Notes: generated by a model from the sequence alone, not told the origin. Positions 32,339-43,562 are shown, counted from the first letter of the stretch. The stretch: DNA of 64,000 bases from Candidatus Bathyarchaeota archaeon (GCA_963806535.1 CAWDYC010000003.1:256001-320000); one strand, 5' to 3'. Translations and numbers: made by a program.

Positions 32339-33718
32339 ATGGAGCGATTTGACATCATCGTTATTGGCTCAGGCTCTGGAATGCTTGTAGCTTCAGCAGC
32401 AGTTGAACAGGGATTTCGAGTAGCGCTGATTGAGCATGGAAAAATGGGCGGCACATGCATAAACGTAGGTTGCGTGCCTTCTAAAATGCTAATTTACCCA
32501 GCAGACGTCATTGCCACTGTCAAAGAAGCAGGAAAGCTTGGCGTTAATGCAACATTGAATTCGGTCGATTTTAACAACATAATGACAAGAATGCATGAGT
32601 TGGTTAGTGAGGATTCAGGGCATCAGGCAATGGCGGTCGAAGCGACGTCCGAGATGACTTGGTTCAAGGAAACAGCCGAATTTATCTCCGATTACACGAT
32701 GAAAGTTGGCGACGCACACTATCTCGGCGGAGAAGATTTTCATTGTTTCAGGCGCACGCACCGCGCTTCCGTTAATCAAGGGAATTGACAAAATAGATTA
32801 CTTAACAAGTGACACAGTTTTAGAACTACAAACGCCGCCTAAGAGCATATTGATAGTCGGTGGAGGCTACATTGGCATGGAATACGGCCACTTTTTCGCA
32901 AGCATCGGCACAAAAACTACGATATTACAAAGGCCAGAGCGAGTATTGCCTGAAGAGGAACCTGAAATCTCTGAATTGTTAAAGAAGGAAATGAGTCAGC
33001 GAATGGAAATATACACAGGTTTTGAGGTTACTGAAGCCAAACAAGAAGGGCAAATTAAAACATTGATTGCCAGAAACCGCCAAGACGGCAGCCTACATGA
33101 GTTCTCAGCTGAAGCAGTAATGATCGCTACGGGCAGAGTATCCAACGCTGACATTTTAAAACCAGAAAAGACAGGCGTGAAACTTGACGATCACAATTTC
33201 ATAAAGGTCAACGAGTATCTGGAAACAAGCAAAAAGAACATTTGGGCTTTCGGCGACGCCATAGGCATCCAAATGTTTAAGCACGTTGCCAATTATGAAG
33301 CCGGCATTGCATGGCATAATGCCCTTCATGAGCATAAGAGCTAAAATGGATTTTTCAGCTGCACCCCACGCAGTTTTTACTCATCCACAAGTTGCTTCAG
33401 TAGGGCTTAAAGGAGCAAGAAGCTAAACAAAATCACAAAATCCTTGTTGGACAAGCTCTCTATAGAGATACAGCTATGGGTGCTGCTATGGGTTTTCCAG
33501 AAGGATTTGTAAAAGTGATCGTTGAACAAGAGACAGGAAAAATCCTTGGCGGACACATAATTGGTCCTGAAGCTTCAATTCTAATTCAAGAAATCATTAA
33601 TGCAATGGTATCTGAAACTGGAACCTTCGCTCCTATCGCTCAGGGCATGCATATTCATCCTGCGTTGTCGGAAGTGGTTCAGAACGCTTTTGGAAATCTT
33701 CACTCCCATGAGCATTAA
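32339..33718 (+). CDS. Flavoprotein disulfide reductase, dihydrolipoamide dehydrogenase/mycothione reductase-like (frameshifted)
   Basis: GSGSG, GGTCINVGCVPSK, GGGYIG, HIHPALSE. Confidence 0.9.
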
Positions 33719-33783
33719 GATTTCATATTTTTAGCAATCTAAACAGTTATATTCGGCTTAAACCAAATTTTAGTGGTGAGAAT

Positions 33784-34069
33784 ATGCAATTCTCAAAAGT
33801 TTCTGGTAAAAAAAACAACCATAAGGTTACTCTATACGCTTTAAGCACTTGCGTTTGGTGTAAACTTACAAAAGAATTTCTCAATGAAAACGAAGTTGAA
33901 TATGAATTCGTGGATGTGGATTTGCTTGACGAGGATGACAAATCGAAGGTTCATGAAACAATCGTCAAGTAAAGGCGGAATGCTAAGTTACCCGACTATA
34001 ATTGTTGATGACAAAACTGTAATCACGGGATTCCGCAAAGATAAGCTCAAAGAGGCACTTGAAATTTGA
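33784..34069 (+). CDS. Glutaredoxin/NrdH-like protein (frameshifted)
   Basis: LSTCVWC, SYPT, TGF. Confidence 0.88.
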
Positions 34070-34630
34070 CCACGTTAGAGGAAACTCGCAGAAGAGCCGA
34101 AGCCGATGCTAAAACCTACGGATATTACCTTACACCTCAGCCCGAACTTCTGCAAGGTTTTCTTGAAGGATTAAAAACAAACGAAGACCGCTACGGTTAT
34201 CCCATTATGCCCCTGCAGACTAGCTTCAGGCAATTTTGAGTATGACCGAGATATAATTTGCCCCTGCGACTATCGGGATCCAGACGTCGCCCAATACGGC
34301 TCATGCTATTGCAGACTCTATGTGAACAAACAAGTCTACGAAAGCAAAAACTTACCTGAAGTTCCAGAGCGAAGACCAATAGAAAAGCAACAAAGAGCTT
34401 ACGGAACCCCAGCAGCTGCCAAACAAGCATCCTCCTCAAGGCGCAAAAGAAAAACCAGCTGCAGCTCAAACCCCAAAGCCTCAACCAACTGTTAAAAAGA
34501 AGTTATGGTACTGCAAACAATGCGGTTACGTGGTTTTCCGTGAAGATCCACCGTACATTTGCCCAATATGCAAGGCTAAAAGAGAAATGTTTGCTGAAAT
34601 AGAAAGCAGCTGTTGAATTTAACGGTTAAC
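34066..34630 (+). CDS. Ferredoxin:disulfide reductase catalytic subunit fused to rubredoxin-like domain (frameshifted)
   Basis: Manual: RYGYPLCPCR..ICPCDY..GSCYC, then WYCKQCGY..CPIC. Confidence 0.85.
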
Positions 34631-34635
34631 GTAAG

Positions 34636-34786
34636 TTATTTTTCAATTTCTATCTCGATTTTTTTCCAATCCTCTTTTATTCCTTTAAGAGAGGTTACAG
34701 CGCCGGTTATTGTTCCGTTTAAAATATTTCTCAACAAATTCGTTTAATGGAATTTCTTTTCCATCAACTTTCAATTTCAAACTCAA
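34636..34786 (-). CDS. Small hypothetical protein (one indel)
   Basis: Manual: MSLKLKVDGKEIPLNEFVEK...SLKGIKEDWKKIEIEIEK. Confidence 0.55.
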
Positions 34787-34812
34787 ACTTCTTCACCTTT
34801 GATATTGCTTAG

Positions 34813-35434
34813 TTAAAATGAAGGGTAAAAAAGTTTTGTGCAGACAGGAAGTTTTGAAAAATGGAGTCTATTGCTACATTCTTGAGTGGTACTGGGTTTA
34901 ACGAATACTCTGAGCTTTGTTAGGTTTTCTTTTATTTCAGCCTTAACACCCATAGCTGCAAAGTATTCCTCAAGAAATACCCTTATAAAATCCTTCGAAG
35001 TCTCTGAAACCAAGACCAAAGTATAATCGTTTGGCGCGTTCTTTGTTAAACGGTAAAAGTTGCATATTTCAAGCCGAAGCAGCATTTCTTCTGGCGAATG
35101 CACTTTGGTTTTCAGCTGTTCCCAATGAGCACGGGCCACTTCTTTGTGTTCGCTCCAAAACTTTTCTCGTTCAGGTGATGAGGCATATCAGTCGCAAGAA
35201 CATTAGCCAATGGTCAACGTCTAGGATTATGTGTTCTCCGCTGAGAAGCATGTCTATGTAAGCAAGAATTTTTTTCTTGGTTGCTGGGTCTTCGAGGGCT
35301 TTGTTTTCATTGTAGAATTTTAGTGCTCGACGCATTACTTCGCTTTGTGATACTTGCGCGTCGGAGCTTATTTTTTCTAGTAAGTCAGCTGTTGTTTTGT
35401 CGAATGCAACAGTTATTCTGGTTGGGTTAACCAT
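34813..35434 (-). CDS. CopG/ribbon-helix-helix regulator (frameshifted)
   Basis: RITVAFD...SQSEVMRRAL. Confidence 0.8.
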
Positions 35435-35638
35435 AACGTTCCCTTGCAGTAATTTAACACATTTTCAATTAATTGGAAATTATATAAACATTACGCATGT
35501 CTATGCTAAATTAACTTATCAAATTTCAATATTGTGACTGAAATACTAAACAATTGTTAAAGCAACGCCTTATCAGAAGCAACATTTATTCCATGCCACC
35601 AATTACTAATTGATAAAGGCACTCAAGGAGAACATGAA

Positions 35639-36299
35639 ATGAAAAGACCGGAAATATATCCTCGAACCAAAACAGAGAACTGCAAAAGTAATCGAACTCC
35701 TCGAAAAAGAATATCCCAACGCCAAAACCGCTCTAAACTATTCCAATCCACTGGAAATACTTGTAGCCACCATGCTTTCCGCCCAAACAACCGACCAAAG
35801 AGTTAACATAGTAACCGCCAGCCTATTCAAAAAATACCGCACCCCAAAAGACTACGCCAACGCAGACATAAAGGAGCTGGAGCAAGACATACATTCAACA
35901 GGCTTCTACCATAACAAAGCCAGAAATCTACAAAAATGCTGCCAACTATTAGTTGAAAAATTTAATTCCCAAGTCCCAAAAACAATGGATGAACTGTTGG
36001 AGCTTCCCGGAGTCGCTCGAAAAACCGCCAACATTGTGTTATACAACGCTTACGGCATAATCGCTGGTATAGCAGTGGACACACATGTCAACAGACTTTC
36101 ACAGCGACTTGGACTTACGGAGAATGAGGATTCCGCCAAAATAGAACAGGATTTAATGCAGATTACTCCGAAAGAGAAATGGATGAAACTAACTGATTTA
36201 CTGATTTTCCACGGAAGACAAGTCTGTACCGCAAAAAAACCCAAATGCGAAACATGCGTTTTAAACAAGTATTGTCCTTGTGCTTTTGCGTTTGGATAA
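35639..36299 (+). CDS. nth: Endonuclease III (start approximate)
   Basis: LSAQTTD, LPGVARKTAN, VDTHV, C-X6-C-X2-C-X5-C. Confidence 0.95.
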
Positions 36300-36355
36300 A
36301 AACATCACCCATTTATAGATGCTCAACTTTTTTCTAGAAGTGAGGATTATTGTTT

Positions 36356-36836
36356 ATGTCAAGCAAAATTAAAGTCGGAGACAAAGCACCCGATTTCACT
36401 TTACCAGACATCGATAAGAAGCCAAAGAAGCCTAAATGAGTTCTTAGGGAAAAAAATCGTTTTAGCATTTTTTGTAGGCGCATTCACATCAACATGTACC
36501 AAGGAAATGTGTGAATTCCGCGATTCAATGGCTCGACTTATCGATTTAAACGCTCAAGTTATCGGAATAAGTGTAAACGACCCTTTCAGCAACAAAGCTT
36601 TCGCCGAAAAAAACAGGCTACCATTCCCAATACTGAGCGACTATAAACGTGAAGTAATCAAAACCTATGGGTTGGAGCTGCCTAATTTTGCTGGACTCGA
36701 CGGCTACACAGTTGCCAAGCGATCAATTTTCATCCTTGACCAGAACGGCATAGTGCGGTATGTTTGGGTTTCAGACAATCCAGCGGTAGAACCAAACTAT
36801 CAAGAAATACAAAATATCCTGCAGCAAATCCCTTAG
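36356..36836 (+). CDS. Peroxiredoxin, BCP/PrxQ-like (frameshifted)
   Basis: GDKAPDFTL, AFTSTCTKEMC, KRSIF. Confidence 0.88.
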
Positions 36837-37089
36837 GCAGGTTTATTTTTCATTAATGCTGTTTAGAAAAAACCGCGTTCCCTGGTTGACTACCCACGAC
36901 GAGCAACGTCTAATTTCGTCTAATTCAAGCATTTGAAAAATGGTCAATCGGTTGCTGCCTTTCAAGTGATTCTCTTCTGGCCGTTTATCAGCCAGTACAA
37001 CTCTAAAACAAATGATTTTGAGAGTCGCACAAAAGTTATTAGCTTCCATAAAAGTTATTTGATTGTTATTGTAACGGTGACTGTTTGAA

Positions 37090-37954
37090 GTGTCCTTTGA
37101 AATCCAAGAGTTACCGGATGTTATCCGCGTTATTGTTCTGTTGAACTTAAGCAAAGGCGCTAAAATAAAAAAATCAGCCCTAAAAGCCCGAGTGGATCGA
37201 GTCTGCGTTAGCTACACCTGCGTGGAAATGGCAGAATTGGATAGAGCACTTAAAGAAATGTCGACTGAAGGACTCATTGTTGAAAAAGATGATTTCGTGC
37301 AGTTAACGCCACAAGGTCAAAAACTAGGCAAAGAATGGGAAAGTCTACTCTTAAAAAAAGAACCCATTATGGAAGTTGTAGCTGGTTTAGTTGATGGCTC
37401 AATAACCAGTCTAGTTGTTATTCTCTCAGCTTTCATAGCAACATTTACAGCCAGCACAGCATTCTTGGGTAATCCTAAAACCAGTCGTCTTCGCCGCCTT
37501 CTTAACGCTAAGCGCCGTTGCGGTAACCAACTTCTCAAGCTTTCTGCTTGGCGGAATCACTGAAGACTTAGCAGACATCATGACACTTCAGAACTTGATG
37601 AATTACAGCTTAAGCGACATACCTGACAAGAAAGAAAGGGATAAGTCATTACTGTTAACACAGAAACTTTTTACTTTACTTGGGAAACAAATACATAGAT
37701 CCAACCTTTTTGGAGCAATAATTTCTGGAACAACAACTTTCATTGCCGGAATTATTCCAATAGCAACTTACCTAGTGCTTCCACCTTACTACAACATTGG
37801 TGTTTCACTCTTTGAAGTTGGCATTATTTCGGGAGTGTTTCTGGCGCGGTACCGTTCAAAGAAGACTCGAGTAAACTGGAAAATAACACTTGCTGAAACC
37901 ATAGCCATTGTTATAATTGCAACAGTTGTATCTTTATTGCTCGGATTAATCTAG
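37090..37954 (+). CDS. Winged helix fused to VIT1/CCC1-like membrane domain (frameshifted)
   Basis: QLTPQG wHTH end; GLVDGSIT; AGIIP. Confidence 0.65.
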
Positions 37955-37959
37955 ACCAG

Positions 37960-38407
37960 TTAAACTAATCGATGATGCTCAACCATTAAACATTTATCCA
38001 TAACGACAATTAAACCGGCATGCCTAGCCATTTCAGCAGCCTGTTCATTCACTATTCCAAGCTGCATCCAAACAACAAAAGGCTTACCAAATATCTGCTT
38101 AAGCTGAATAGCTTGCTCTACTATCGGCGATCACATCTTTGGCTGGTCTAAAAATATCAACTATTTCGATGGTTTTCTGGATTTCAGGCGGAATATCAAG
38201 CAGGCTCTTGTAGCTTTTTTCGCCGAGAACTTCATAAGCAAAAGGGTTTACAGGTATAATTTGGTAGCCATGTTGTTTTAGGTAAGCGCTGACTCTATGG
38301 CTGTCCTTCTCAGGCTCTTTAGACAAGCCGACAACCGCGATTACCTTGTATTTTTCTAAGATTTCTTTAATCTGGTTTTGACTCAACTGAACACTTCCAA
38401 TCTGCAA
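37960..38407 (-). CDS. CoA-binding protein, YccU-like (frameshifted)
   Basis: IAVVGLS, IPVNP, VDIFRP, WMQLG. Confidence 0.88.
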
Positions 38408-38412
38408 ACAGC

Positions 38413-39351
38413 TTATGGTGCTTCGCTGAGTTTTAATTCAAAGAAGTGCTCCTTGCCATTGCGTAATGCAAGGATTCTAACTACATCGTTGATTTTTCTC
38501 TTCTGAACTTCGTTGACTAAGGCCTCGATTTCATTTGTTTCTACGTTGTTTATTTCCAAAATGATATCGCCTTCAGCCATTCCAGCTTCTTCTGCAGGGC
38601 TGCCCTCAGCAATTCTTGTAACTAATACGCCGCTGTTGACTGGTAAACCGTAATAGCGTGCGATTTCCCGTGTTAAGGTTAATCCCACTATACCAAGCCA
38701 TGGTCTCTTAACCCCGCCTTCAGTAATAATTTCATCTGTGCAGGTTTTCGCTGAGTTTATAGGAATGGCAAAACCAATGCCCTGTGCAAATGGTATAATG
38801 GCAGTGTTAATTGCAATAACCTTGCCTGTTACATCTACAAGTGGTCCGCCACTGTTGCCAGGATTAATTGAGGCATCTGTTTGAACAAGGTTCTCTATCA
38901 AACCGCGTTCAGAATCTATTGTCCTATTGATAGCGCTAATTACTCCTGAGGTTACGCTTGGCCCACCTGTTAACCCAAAAGGGTTACCAATAGCGTAAAC
39001 CCTTTGCCCTACCCTTATCTTGTCTGAATCGCCAAGCTCTGCTGCTTGAAGATTTCTTTTGTTTGCATTAACCTTAACTACTGCTATATCATGGATGGCG
39101 CATGACCCAACAATTGTGCCTTCAAGAACCTCATTGTTTCCAAGAGTCACATTGATTTTTTGTGCTCCGCCTACAACGTGATTATTTGTTAAAATCAAAC
39201 CTTTTGAATCAATTATGGTGCCTGATCCCATGCCTCCAACCGGCACCGCTTGATAGAAAATATTGTGAACAAGCTTCAAAGTGCTTATGTTAACTGTGCT
39301 TTTGCTAACTTTAGCAATGGTGTCCAAAATAGCATTTTCATCATAAGACAA
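38413..39351 (-). CDS. HtrA/DegP-like protease with PDZ, no signal peptide
   Basis: TNNHV, DIAV, QTDASINPGNSGGPL, GSPAEEAG. Confidence 0.93.
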   Translation of the reverse strand: MSYDENAILDTIAKVSKSTVNISTLKLVHNIFYQAVPVGGMGSGTIIDSKGLILTNNHVVGGAQKINVTLGNNEVLEGTIVGSCAIHDIAVVKVNANKRNLQAAELGDSDKIRVGQRVYAIGNPFGLTGGPSVTSGVISAINRTIDSERGLIENLVQTDASINPGNSGGPLVDVTGKVIAINTAIIPFAQGIGFAIPINSAKTCTDEIITEGGVKRPWLGIVGLTLTREIARYYGLPVNSGVLVTRIAEGSPAEEAGMAEGDIILEINNVETNEIEALVNEVQKRKINDVVRILALRNGKEHFFELKLSEAP

Positions 39352-39407
39352 TTAGATTACCTCAAAATCAGTACAGGCTCGTTTTTAATAAGGTTAATTG
39401 CGTACAT

Positions 39408-39794
39408 TTATCGGCAAAACAAACATTTTTCCGCCCATTCTCGAGGCATTTCTTTTTGACAAATTGGACACATTAAACCTTTTTCTCGAACGGCTTGACA
39501 TGTTTGACAGAAGAGCTTGAGGATTTCTGCTTTGTTGCTCGGCTCTTTTATGAGTGAAGTAACCATTTGGCTTATTAATGCTAAAATTTCAGTTGAGTCT
39601 TCTATTGCGAGCAGGTTTCCTCTTTCTCGACCTACATATCTGCTGACAGCAGATTGGGATAATCCGAGGAGTGCTGCCGTTTGTTGTTCGTTTAATCCAT
39701 GTTTTTCAACGATTTGTCTTGCCATAATTGCTTTTACTGCAGGCAGAACGGTTTTTACTCCTACTTCGCACGGTAGTATCAAGTTTGACACCAA
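39408..39794 (-). CDS. HTH transcriptional regulator with Cys-rich C-terminus
   Basis: PCE..LPA, LGLSQSAVSRY..RG, CxxC motifs. Confidence 0.82.
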   Translation of the reverse strand: MVSNLILPCEVGVKTVLPAVKAIMARQIVEKHGLNEQQTAALLGLSQSAVSRYVGRERGNLLAIEDSTEILALISQMVTSLIKEPSNKAEILKLFCQTCQAVREKGLMCPICQKEMPREWAEKCLFCR

Positions 39795-39836
39795 TTATGG
39801 ATAATTTTGGGAGAAACTTATTTAAATATGCCGATT

Positions 39837-39870
39837 GTCATAGTTTATGACGCGTGTCATGATGGGTCAT
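39837..39870. promoter_or_regulatory. Overlapping GTCAT/ATGAC palindromes, putative operator
   Basis: GTCATA-GTT-TATGAC and ATGAC-GCGT-GTCAT between two divergent regulators. Confidence 0.55.
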
Positions 39871-39948
39871 CAGATTCAAAATAAACCTCAACATACTCAT
39901 CACCCACACTTATTTACCCTCTCGACACTCGCCAAGGTGAATAAAAAA

Positions 39949-40866
39949 ATGGGCAATGTCCTAATCCCAACTCGAAAAACAGAAAACAATCGCGATTTAG
40001 TTGGAATGCTAAAAACACTCGACTCAGAATGCAGAAATTGCGCTCCAACATCACCTCTTCAATGCATAAACCGCTGCCAAGTATACAAATTAAAAAATGA
40101 GTTAAGAAAACTTCGGGAAACGATGGATAACCCAAACTACATAAAAGAACTCTTCAACGTTCTTAAAAATGAGACAAGACTGCATATTTTGCAGGCAATC
40201 GCAAATGGAAGATACTCTGTAAGCCAACTTCAGCAAGAATTAAAAAAAACAGGTCACATTCATAGTCAAGATACAATAAGTGAAGAATATTTAGGTCCTT
40301 TAATGTCAGTAGGCCTTGCCACTGAAGCACGAGATGAATATTACGCAACAACATTCGGTGGTCGCCTAACTGAGTTACTTGGAGTTTTTCCTGAATTCGT
40401 GGAAATGCTACCTGCTCATTCTGAATGTTACGAAGAAACTCTTCTACAATGCTTACTGTCGGGACCAAAAACTTTTGAAGAAATTGAGGTACTTATCCCG
40501 CCAAAAATTGCTTCACGAATACTTAAACGGTTACGAGCAAGCGGTTTAATAGAAACTCCAACTGAAAGAGATTACATATTTTTCTTCAAGTCAAAACGAG
40601 ACCCTGCCAAAGAATCGTTAACAACTACTGAAAAGAAAATTTATGAAACAATAGCCGATGAAGGAATTTCAGCTGGAAAACTTGCCAAAGAAACAGGAAT
40701 CTCCATGAGAAGAACCTACAAGTACCTAAGAGGATTGAAAGGCAAAAAACTGGTTTTCATAAGAAGAACACCAAAAGCTTATGGTTTAACTTGCAAAGGT
40801 GAAATGTTAGCATCAGTACTACAAGGGGCTCCAACAAATTGTAGAAGAAACATGGAGCTCTTCTGA
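39949..40866 (+). CDS. Multi winged-helix regulator with N-terminal Cys cluster
   Basis: CRNC...CINRC, then ArsR-like and further HTH segments. Confidence 0.75.
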   Translation: MGNVLIPTRKTENNRDLVGMLKTLDSECRNCAPTSPLQCINRCQVYKLKNELRKLRETMDNPNYIKELFNVLKNETRLHILQAIANGRYSVSQLQQELKKTGHIHSQDTISEEYLGPLMSVGLATEARDEYYATTFGGRLTELLGVFPEFVEMLPAHSECYEETLLQCLLSGPKTFEEIEVLIPPKIASRILKRLRASGLIETPTERDYIFFFKSKRDPAKESLTTTEKKIYETIADEGISAGKLAKETGISMRRTYKYLRGLKGKKLVFIRRTPKAYGLTCKGEMLASVLQGAPTNCRRNMELF

Positions 40867-40917
40867 ACACGTTATGAACGACAATGCCAATTCTTAAGCG
40901 ACTAAATTTCTCTTTTT

Positions 40918-41400
40918 TTATCCGCCACCAGGAGCTCCATGGAAAGGAGCGTTTTCCCAGAGAAGTTTCCACCAATCATCTTCAGTTATGGTTTCTCCTT
41001 TAACAATTATTTCTAACACCATCTTTAGCATCTCATGATGTCTTTTCTCATCAGCTAAAATGGAGTTCAAGAGAAAAACAACTTTTTTGTCTTCAATATT
41101 GGGTATCATGTCTTCAAGCTTAATGATTAACTTAGATTCTATTTCAATATGCTTTTCAACAAGGGCTTTATGTTCATCAAGATGCTCCTGCGTTAACGCT
41201 GTAGAAGCACTAGTTAACAATGTGACAGCAGCCATGTAAAGTTCCGCATGTTTTATCGAGTCAAGCGAAACACCCTTCAAAACCCCTTTAACAGCTGGAT
41301 TTTTCATGTCGCGTAAAGGTTTTTCAAGAGAAGCCACTATTTCTTTTTCAACGGTTATTTGATTTTTAAGAAATTCTAGGAGATTCTTTGTTTTTTCCAT
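40918..41400 (-). CDS. Ferritin/rubrerythrin-like protein
   Basis: DSIKH, DEKRHH four-helix pattern. Confidence 0.75.
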   Translation of the reverse strand: MEKTKNLLEFLKNQITVEKEIVASLEKPLRDMKNPAVKGVLKGVSLDSIKHAELYMAAVTLLTSASTALTQEHLDEHKALVEKHIEIESKLIIKLEDMIPNIEDKKVVFLLNSILADEKRHHEMLKMVLEIIVKGETITEDDWWKLLWENAPFHGAPGGG

Positions 41401-41422
41401 ATTTTTCTCCTCTCGGTTAATG

Positions 41423-41866
41423 TTAAGTCTTGTTCATCAAGTTTTCGGAAATTCTTTTTCCTAAATCCATACAGGCGCTAACCATTTTTTCGTCAGGAAC
41501 ATACTTTGCCAGTAAAGGCGGTTCAACGACTTGCATTTCAAACTTGTTTTTCATAATTTCCAAAATTTGTTTAGGTGCTTCACCACTCCAGCCATATGAA
41601 CCAAACGTTGCGCCTACTTTGCCCTTCAAACTTATGCCTTGTACTGCAACCTCCTCGAAAAGTTTTTTGAAATCAATAGGCATCTCATGATGGTAAGTTG
41701 GTGTTCCAACAAGTATTGCATCAAAGGCATTTAGTTCTTGAGGGTCAATATGAAAAATTAATTCTACTTCAACTTCATCGTTGATTTTAGCGCCCTTAGC
41801 TACGGCTGTCGCCATTTTTTCTGTGTTTCCAGTTCGGCTATAATATAAAACGAGAATTTTTTTCAT
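41423..41866 (-). CDS. Flavodoxin
   Basis: YSRTGNTE, GTPTY, FGSYGWSG. Confidence 0.9.
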   Translation of the reverse strand: MKKILVLYYSRTGNTEKMATAVAKGAKINDEVEVELIFHIDPQELNAFDAILVGTPTYHHEMPIDFKKLFEEVAVQGISLKGKVGATFGSYGWSGEAPKQILEIMKNKFEMQVVEPPLLAKYVPDEKMVSACMDLGKRISENLMNKT

Positions 41867-42007
41867 AAAAATACTTAGATTAAGAGTTATTTCAATATTT
41901 TGTTTGCAGGATAGATAAGAAATAAGAGATTGTAAAAAGAAAGAAACTTTTGTTTTATTTATGGGCACGCATGCTTTTTTTCTTTGACGCTTTGCCCACC
42001 TTTTGCT

Positions 42008-42217
42008 TCAGCGCTTTCTATTTCCTCTGCTTTCGCCGCCTTTTCGCCCTATTTCCCGATAAAATTCTGTTCCACGTTCCTCAGCTACTTTTTCGCCGCC
42101 TTTCCTACCTATCTCTCTATAAAATTCTGAGCCACGTTCCCGAGCTACTTTTTGTCCTCCTTTTCTACCGGCTTCTTCACGGGTCATTTTTCTTCTTTGT
42201 TCACTTTCAACCGTCAA
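42008..42217 (-). CDS. KGG-repeat (GsiB/Em-like) stress protein 1
   Basis: MTREEAGRKGG, EFYREIGRKGG x2; GGAGGTGAA SD. Confidence 0.9.
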   Translation of the reverse strand: MTVESEQRRKMTREEAGRKGGQKVARERGSEFYREIGRKGGEKVAEERGTEFYREIGRKGGESRGNRKR

Positions 42218-42277
42218 AACTAGTTCACCTCCAACATTTCCTAAAGGTTGCCTGCCTTGTTATCTATTCCAAGGATA

Positions 42278-42297
42278 GCCCTTAAGCATATGTGGTT
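42278..42297 (-). promoter_or_regulatory. KGG promoter motif copy 1
   Basis: Minus strand AACCACATATGCTTAAGGGC. Confidence 0.7.
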
Positions 42298-42414
42298 ATC
42301 AACCAACAATCACAGACAACCAAGGACAACTTGTTAGCTAACTAATTTTCGACTTTCGTTATTTTATGAGTTTTGATGCAAAAACTGAATAAAGAAAATG
42401 AAAAAGCTGTTTGT

Positions 42415-42699
42415 TTATTCTATTTTGCCGATCTCTTTAGTAATATCAATTGGTGAAGTGTAAGTCTTCTCAGGCAACTTATTTAGTAAGTCCATAACGT
42501 TGTCTGGAGCGTCTTTGTTTTGAGCATTATTGATTAACTTCTTTCTTTCAGCGGGATAATGCATGCCTGCAAGATATTTTTCGACGATGGCAGGGCTCAC
42601 ATGACCTGATTTACCGCTTTTGCTTGTATATTGACGTCTTGTTCCTCTACCTTGACCTATTCCATTACGTCCGGTTGCTTGGATGCCTTGTTTACTCGT
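42415..42699 (-). CDS. DUF2795-family protein
   Basis: VSPAIVEKYLAGMHYPA...LP...Y.SP.DI; frame open up to ACG at 42699 just after GGAGGTGAA. Confidence 0.8.
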   Translation of the reverse strand, partial: TSKQGIQATGRNGIGQGRGTRRQYTSKSGKSGHVSPAIVEKYLAGMHYPAERKKLINNAQNKDAPDNVMDLLNKLPEKTYTSPIDITKEIGKIE

Positions 42700-42771
42700 T
42701 TCCTTTCACCTCCAATCTTCTTAAAACAGGTAACTTGAAAAAGAAAAACCTCTTAATTGAAACCATTTTCT

Positions 42772-42939
42772 TTATTCTTCTTCGTGTTCTTTTCCTTCCT
42801 GAATAAGCCTTCGAACTTTTTGTCCACCTTTGCTGCCAATCTCACTGTAAAATTCAGGACCATGAGTTTGAGCTGTTTTTTCTCCACCCATCCGACCAGC
42901 TTCAGCAACAGTCATCTTTCCTTTTCGCCTTTCACTCAT
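42772..42939 (-). CDS. KGG-repeat stress protein 2 (55 aa, not in ORF track)
   Basis: Manual: MSERRKGKMTVAEAGRMGGEKTAQTHGPEFYSEIGSKGGQKVRRLIQEGKEHEEE. Confidence 0.9.
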   Translation of the reverse strand: MSERRKGKMTVAEAGRMGGEKTAQTHGPEFYSEIGSKGGQKVRRLIQEGKEHEEE

Positions 42940-43062
42940 AAATTCACCTCCAAAAAATACTCAAAAATCCACAAATTGGAAATTGCTCGATGAATTACAA
43001 ATATATCTTGCTTATTGCGCAATGAAAATATTGCTAGCTGTAAAGAGAAAACTTATTCCTTT

Positions 43063-43314
43063 TTATTCTTCCTCATGGTCTTTGCCAGCCTGGATCAGCT
43101 TTCGGACTCTTTGTCCTCCTCGGTGACCTGCTTCCTCCAAACTAGTCTTTCCCCTAGCCTCTAATGCACCTTCATGCTGCTTAGCACGTTGAGAACCGCC
43201 TTTGCTGCCGATTTCGCTGTAAAATTCAGGACCATGAGTTTGAGCCGTTTTTTCTCCACCCATCCGACCAGCCTCTTCAACGGTCATCTTTCCTTTCCTT
43301 CTTTCTTCAATCAA
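43063..43314 (-). CDS. KGG-repeat stress protein 3
   Basis: GKMTVEEAGRMGG, EFYSEIGSKGG; SD then TTG. Confidence 0.9.
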   Translation of the reverse strand: MIEERRKGKMTVEEAGRMGGEKTAQTHGPEFYSEIGSKGGSQRAKQHEGALEARGKTSLEEAGHRGGQRVRKLIQAGKDHEEE

Positions 43315-43390
43315 CAGATTCACCTCCAAAATAGATCTTTAACGCCTTTCTTTTGTCTTGAGCTTTCTTGAATTTTCTAGCTTGAACATA

Positions 43391-43410
43391 GCTCATAAAC
43401 ATATGTGGCT
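43391..43410 (-). promoter_or_regulatory. KGG promoter motif copy 2
   Basis: Minus strand AGCCACATATGTTTATGAGC. Confidence 0.7.
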
Positions 43411-43562
43411 GTCTTTGCACAATAACAAATTGAGAATGAAGATAAATAAAAAATAGTAAAACCTAAAACCTAGTTCACTGGTAAATCGAAGAATTTAGAC
43501 TTGGAAGAATTTGAAAAATACATTTTACATGACCGTGAAAGTAACGTTGACGATCGTTTTAT

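Noticed and set aside
13998-38407. Many split genes as pseudogenes or programmed frameshifts
   Set aside because: Breaks hit conserved genes (bud32, rdgB, copA, rbr) at scattered, often homopolymer positions; long-read indel error is the simpler explanation
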